Source of the DNA: an uncultured Ruficoccus sp.
Lineage (GTDB): Bacteria; Verrucomicrobiota; Verrucomicrobiia; Opitutales; Cerasicoccaceae
DNA: 10,550 bases
Assembly: GCA_965140785.1 (NCBI GenBank)
Contig: OZ223492.1
Coordinates: 1-10,550, forward strand
Reading direction: 5' to 3'
Part shown: positions 5,700-10,550 of the stretch, one piece after another
Position numbering within the stretch: the stretch's first letter is position 1
Layout: the number at the start of each line of letters is the position of its first letter
Translations under genes and position numbers: made by a program
The notes under the pieces: model-generated
What the model was told of the DNA's origin: nothing
Databases searched by the model: none
The model's input: only the letters and a program-made list of their open reading frames with translations

Positions 5700-7015
5700 A
5701 TGGCTGAGCTTTCCGAACGCACGCTGGCACAGAGAAAACGCTCCGTTCTCTACTTTTCTTTTGGATTCTTGATCGGCGCGGCAACCGATATCTTCGGGCT
5801 GCTCGCGGAGTTCCAATTTCAGGCGATGGTTACGGAAAACAAGGTTCTTAGGCATCGCTGGGGGGGATCTCAACGAGTTGCTGAGCACCTTGATCACGGC
5901 GCTTCTTTCCGCCCTGGTCGGGCTGCAGCTTGCGAAATACCGGACCCGTGAGTTGAAGCTTCAGCAGGAGGTCGCGAACAATCGGGAAAATCTGGCGGCG
6001 ATGATTGCGAAAAGTCCTTTTGCCAAGATCGTGCTCGATGCCGGAGGTCGGGCCGTGTTCGCGAATTCCCAGGCGGAGCGTTTTTTTTCAGGGTTGGAGG
6101 GCTTCCGCGTGGGAGAAAGCTTCTCCCTCTTTTTTCCGGAGGAGAAGGAAATCCAGATACAGCTCGCTTCCGGCGAGGAGGGCGTCTTCCGCGTCTATGT
6201 CACACCGCTGCGCTGGGACGCCGGTCCGGCCCGGCTGATTTCTCTTCTTGACATCAAGCAGGAGAAGGAACTGGCCGCGCTCAGGGATGATGTGGAGCGG
6301 ATGGTTCGGCATGACATGAAAACGCCGCTTAACGGGATCATCGGACTGTCCGAGGTGCTGTTGATGAACCCGGAATTGTCCGATGAACCGCGCGAGTATC
6401 TGACCCTGATCAACGGAAGCGGCCGGAAATTGCTGGAGATGATGAACGAATCCATGGTGCTCTTAGCGATTGAACTGGGAACCTACGAATTCCCGAAACA
6501 AAGGGTCGCGCTGGGGGGCGTCGTGCACAAGGTCGTGGAACATCTAGGCCATCTCGAAAAGGAAAAGGGCGTCGCCTGCGCCATCACCTTGCCTGAAACC
6601 GGGGACGAGGTCTTCGGAGAGGACATCCTGTTGTACATTGCTGGTCGCGAATCTGGTGAAAAACGCCGTGGAGGCCTCGTCCGAAGGGGAGACAGTGTGG
6701 ATAGCCCTGGACGTCTCGGACATGGTGCGTTTGAGCATTCGCAACACGGGCGAATTGTCGGAGGAGGGGCGGCAGAATTTTTTCGGGAAGTATTATACGT
6801 TTGGCAAAAAAGAGGGCACCGGCCTCGGCACGTATATCGCCAAGCGTATCGCCGAAACCCTGGGCGGGCGCATTCGGCTTGACGCCTCCGCGCCGCGGAC
6901 GGTTCAGCTGACCGTGGAACTGCCCCTGGCAGGGGCTGGTTTCCAGGCGCGGAGGCTCGGGCTGGTCGGCTTGGGAGCCTGCCGCGCGGTGGGAATTGGC
7001 GATTGCTGGCGATAG
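5700..7015 (+). CDS. Membrane-anchored PAS sensor histidine kinase (~437 aa after removing two +1 frameshifts)
   Basis: GGGAGG RBS and ATG 5700. Joins track ORFs 5697-5951, 5878-6882 and 6638-7015 via +1 shifts in G7 (5860-5866) and ATTG (6637-6640). Two hydrophobic helices, short PAS-like region (IVLDAGGRAVFANSQAERFF...LISLLDI), H box RHDMKTPL, N box NLVKNAVEA, IRNTG, FFGKY, GTGLGTY. Confidence 0.85.
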
Positions 7016-7033
7016 TTGTTCAAGGAGCGAAGC

Positions 7034-7696
7034 ATGCGGGTCTTGCTTGTCGAGGATGACGGGATGATCGGGGCCGCCATGGAGCAGGGGCTTCGGGATG
7101 CGGCGTATGCCGTGGATTGGGTGCGCGACGGCGACGCCGCTTTGGCCGCCTTGGGAGCGCAGCGCTACAACGTCGTGCTGCTCGACCTGGGCCTGCCGGG
7201 AAAGGACGGCACGGAGATCCTGCGCGCTCTGCGCGCACGGGGAGACCAGGTTTCCCTGCTGGTGGTGACGGCCAGGGACGCGCTGGAAGACCGTCTCGGC
7301 GGCCTTGACGGCGGCGCGGACGACTATGTCCTCAAGCCTTTCGACATGTCGGAGCTTCTGGCGCGGATTCGCGCCGTGCTCCGTCGCAAAGGAGGCTCGT
7401 GCGGCCCGGTGCTCTCGAACGGTCGGCTGGAACTGGATCCGGCCACGCGGGAGATCCGCTCCGGCGCTGAGGCGATTCGTCTTTCCGCGCGCGAGTATGC
7501 GTTGCTGCACGCCTTGCTGATCCGGCCGGGAGCGATCCTCTCCCGCAGTGAACTGGAAGACCGCATCTACGGCTGGGGCGAGGAGGTGGAGAGCAACGCG
7601 GTCGAGTATCTGATCCATTCCGTGCGCAGAAAACTCGGCAACGAGGCTATAAAAAACGTCAGAGGTGTGGGATGGATGGTTCCGACGGAAAAATGA
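7034..7696 (+). CDS. OmpR-family response regulator, QseB/PmrA(BasR)-like, 220 aa
   Basis: AAGGAG RBS and ATG 7034; MRVLLVEDD, LLDLGLPGKDG (phospho-Asp), TARD, GADDYVLKPF, winged helix LSAREYALL...VESNAVEYLIHSVRRKLG...IKNVRGVGW. Confidence 0.95.
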   Translation: MRVLLVEDDGMIGAAMEQGLRDAAYAVDWVRDGDAALAALGAQRYNVVLLDLGLPGKDGTEILRALRARGDQVSLLVVTARDALEDRLGGLDGGADDYVLKPFDMSELLARIRAVLRRKGGSCGPVLSNGRLELDPATREIRSGAEAIRLSAREYALLHALLIRPGAILSRSELEDRIYGWGEEVESNAVEYLIHSVRRKLGNEAIKNVRGVGWMVPTEK

Positions 7697-9030
7697 GCCG
7701 TTCGCTGCAGTATCGGCTTTCGGCCTGGCTCTCTCTCGTGATCGTCTGCGTGGCCCTGGCGGCAGGCGTCTTTTCTTTTGTTTCCGCTTATCAGGAAGCC
7801 ATAGAACTCCAGGATAACCAACTCGCGCAGATGGCCGCCCTGATCGGGCTGCACCGCCTTCCCGTGACCGGGGGCGAGGCCGCGGCGAGAGCGGACGACG
7901 ATCCGGAATTCAATTTCGTGGTGCGGTTCCTGCCGCAGCGCGAGGACGTGGAGTGGAGCCTGGAAGGCGGTCTTTCGGATCTGGCCGAACCGCTGGCCGA
8001 GGGCATCCAGACCGTTGAGGTGGGGGGGGCCTCCTGGCGCGTGTTCGTCCGTTCCCTCGGCCCCGGCGACCGCGTGGCCGTGGGACAGCGGACCATCGTC
8101 CGCGAGGAGATCGCGCGGGACAGCGCATTTCGGACGGTCATGCCGCTTCTCGTGCTCATCCCCGCAATGGTGATTCTGGTGGGATATCTGACCCGCAGGA
8201 TGTTCGGCCCGCTGAAGGAGGCCGCCCGCGGAACTTGACGCCCGGTCCGAGCGGAACCTGGATGCCGTCGGGGACGCGGGAATTCCTTCCGAGGTCCGCC
8301 CCTTTGTCGTGGCCATCAACCGTCTGTTGCGCCGGGTCGGGGACTTCATGGCCACCCGGCAGCGGTTCGTGGCGGACGCGGCGCATGAGTTGCGGTCACC
8401 GCTGACGGCCTTTGTCCCTCCAGGCGGAACAGCTGGAGCAGGCTGAAATGTCGGCACGGGCCAGGGAAAGGGTTTCCTCGCTGCGCAAAGGGATACAGCG
8501 GACTCGCAATCTGCTGGAGCAGATGCTTGCCCAGGTGCGGGCGCAGGAAAGTCCGCAGGCGGAGCAGACCGCCGCAGTCGGTGCGGGACGTCTTTCGCAA
8601 GGTGCTGGAGGAGATCCTGCCCATGGCAGAGGCGAAGCGGCTCGATGTGGGGGTGCTGGAGGGGCGGGACTGCCTGGTCACGGCGGGAGGGGGCGACCTG
8701 CATCTTCTCGTGAAGAATCTCGTGGACAACGCCGTGCGTTATACTCCCGAACTGGGGCGGGTCGATCTGTCCGTGGACGAGGAGGACGGGAGCGCGGTCA
8801 TCAGGGTCAGGGATTCGGGGCCGGGCATACCGGAAGCGGAACGGGAGCGCGTGTTCGAGCCGTTCTATCGGGTGCTGGGCACTTCCGAAACAGGGTCCGG
8901 CCTGGGCCTTTCCATTGTCCGCGCCGTTGCGGATCGGCTGGGTGCGGACGTGTCGCTCGCCTACGCCGATCCGGAAACCCGTTGCGGGCTTCTCGTCCAG
9001 ATCCGCATTCCCGGGGCGGGGCGGGGCTGA
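7693..9030 (+). CDS. QseC/PmrB-like sensor histidine kinase (~444 aa after removing three +1 frameshifts)
   Basis: ATG 7693 overlaps the regulator stop (ATGA). TM1, periplasmic region, TM2; after +1 at ~8226 HAMP (IPSEVRPFVVAINRLL) and H box FVADAAHELRSPLTA (this frame is not in the track); +1 at ~8412; +1 at ~8570; then NLVDNAVRY, DSGPGI, FEPFYR, GSGLGLSIV. Confidence 0.88.
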
Positions 9031-9052
9031 CGGTTTTCCGCGCCGGGACATG

Positions 9053-9088
9053 CCAAAGAAAAAGCCCCGATCCGTGGATCGGGGCTTT
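9053..9088. terminator. Bidirectional intrinsic terminator between the kinase gene and tRNA-Leu
   Basis: AAAGCCCCGATC-CGTG-GATCGGGGCTTT (9061-9088); TTTTTCTTT tail on the minus strand, short TTT tail on plus. Confidence 0.85.
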
Positions 9089-9098
9089 GTGCTCTTTG

Positions 9099-9185
9099 TG
9101 GTGCCCGGAAGAGGAATCGAACCTCCACTCCCGTTAAGGAACATGGTCCTGAACCATGCGCGTCTACCAGTTCCGCCATCCGGGC
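9099..9185 (-). tRNA. tRNA-Leu (anticodon CAG), 87 nt, CCA encoded
   Basis: GCCCGGA acceptor / TCCGGGC-A-CCA; D arm with TGGTAGAC; anticodon arm CATGG-TTCAGGA-CCATG; long variable arm TTCC-TTAAC-GGGA; T arm GGAGG-TTCGATT-CCTCT. Confidence 0.97.
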
Positions 9186-9195
9186 ACATGAAAGA

Positions 9196-10550
9196 TCAGT
9201 GCGTTGGCGCTCTTTCGCGCCGTGCGAGAGGAGTGTATATACGCCTCGTCACCGCAATGCAACACTTTTTTACCACTTTTTTCAGGACAAGGGGTCGCCC
9301 CGGCTTTTTCCTTTTATTCATCGGGATTACCGGCTGCCGACGCGCTCCGGTGTAGATCTGGCGCGGGCGGTGGATGCGCATGGCCGGATTCTGGAAGTCC
9401 TCGTACCAATGGGCGATCCAGCCGGGCATGCGGCCGATGGCGAACATCACCGGGAACATGTTCACCGGGATGCTCAGGCCGCGCAGGATGATGCCGGAGT
9501 AGAAGTCCACGTTGGGGTAGAGTTTGCGCTCCGGTGAAGTATTCGTCCTCAAGGGCGGCACTTCGGCCAGCTCCAGGGCGATGTCCAGGAGCGGGTCGTC
9601 ATAGCCCGTTTGGACCGGAGCATGTCGTGGGCGGCCTGGCGCAGGATCTTGGCCCGCGGGTCGAAGCTCTTGTAGATGCGGTGGCCGAAGCCCATCAGGC
9701 GGCACTCTTTGTTCTTCACGCGTCTCGATGTACTTGCGCAATGGAGGTCTCGCCGTCGCGGATGGATCCTCGAGCATCTGGATCACGCGCCGCGTTGGCC
9801 CCGCCGTGCAGCCGTGCCCCACAGGGCGCAGATGCCCGCCGAGACCGAGGCGAACAGGTTGGCCTCGGTGGACTGGACCATGCGCACGGTGGAGCAGGAG
9901 CAGTTCTGCTCGTGGTCCGCGTGCAGGATGAAGAACAGGGAAAGGGCGCGCACGGCTTCCTGCGGGGCGTCGTAGATCTTGTTCGGGATCGAGAACATCA
10001 TGTGCAGGAAGTTGCGGCAATAGGACAGGCTCGGATTCGGGTACATGAACGGCCTGCCGATGGACTTGCGGTAGGCCCAGGCCGCGATGGTCCGCACCTT
10101 GGAAATGATTTTGGAAACCGCCAGCAGGAACTGGTCCTTGCTTTCCAGTTCGAGCAGGTCGGGGTGGTAGCAGCCCAGGGAGTTGATCACGGCGGAGAGG
10201 ATCGCCATGGGATGGCCCTGGGACGGGAAGCCGTCGAAATGGTGGCGCAGTCCCTCGTGGAGCAGTTCCTGTTCGGTGAGCAGTTCGGAAAAGCGTTTGA
10301 GCTGGTCGCGCGTGGGCAGGTAGCCGAAGATCAGCAGATAGGCGGTTTCGATGAACGAACAATGTTCCGCGACGTCTTCGATGGGGTAGCCGCGATAGTG
10401 CAGGGCTCCTTCTTCGCCGTTGACGAAGGTGATCGACGAGTTGCAGGAACCGGTGTTGGCGAAGCCGGGATCAAAGGTGATCAGACCGGTTTTCTGCCGA
10501 AGCTGCGTGATGTCGATGCCGTATTCGTCTTCAGTGCCGCAGACCACGGG
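9196..10550 (-). CDS. gltA: Citrate synthase (Gram-negative GltA type), 5' end beyond the window, 8 apparent frameshifts in 9530-9815
   Basis: [49 protein letters not shown]; reconstructed across frames [69 protein letters not shown]. Family similarity ends near 9310; first in-frame stop as written is 9196-9198. Confidence 0.93.
9232..9282 (-). promoter_or_regulatory. Putative tRNA promoter with UP-element-like A tracts
   Basis: Minus strand AAAAAAGTG twice with 11-bp period, then TTGCAT (9257-9262) and TATACACT (TATACA at 17 bp or TACACT at 19 bp spacing). Confidence 0.55.

Noticed and set aside
4790..9189. Long - strand ORFs 4790-5722, 6584-7618 and 7567-9189
   Set aside because: Antisense to DUF347, the regulator and the kinases; the last also runs through the tRNA.
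5700..9815. True pseudogenes or programmed frameshifting in the kinases and gltA
   Set aside because: Insertion-biased indels without nonsense codons or motif decay, and no consistent slippery sites; sequencing error is simpler.
1..10550. CRISPR array, transposase, integrase, toxin-antitoxin or anti-phage genes
   Set aside because: No spaced repeat array and no ORF with such motifs; nearly all coding space is explained by the listed genes.

Overview
GC-rich bacterial chromosomal window; the protein styles suggest a Desulfovibrionales-like sulfate reducer (inference only). Left half (1-4186), all frames intact: the 5' part of a dCache_1 receptor with an amino-acid-binding motif (probably an MCP, missing from the ORF track), a translationally coupled Lrp/AsnC - cupin - Rid operon, and a divergent GlxA-type AraC regulator / isochorismatase-family hydrolase pair ending in an intrinsic terminator. 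Right half: a + strand module (4280-9030) of secreted PepSY protein, COG4705/DUF347 membrane protein, an extra PAS histidine kinase and a QseB/QseC(PmrAB)-like two-component pair, converging on tRNA-Leu(CAG), followed by citrate synthase (gltA) on the - strand. Both kinases and gltA carry 13 frame disruptions (10 clean +1, 3 +2/-1) that look like long-read insertion errors rather than real pseudogenes. Best candidates for uncharacterised systems: the PepSY/DUF347/two-kinase module with its candidate OmpR-family box and structured intergenic RNA, and the Lrp-cupin-Rid(no catalytic Arg)-amino-acid receptor cluster. No CRISPR, integrase or IS element seen.
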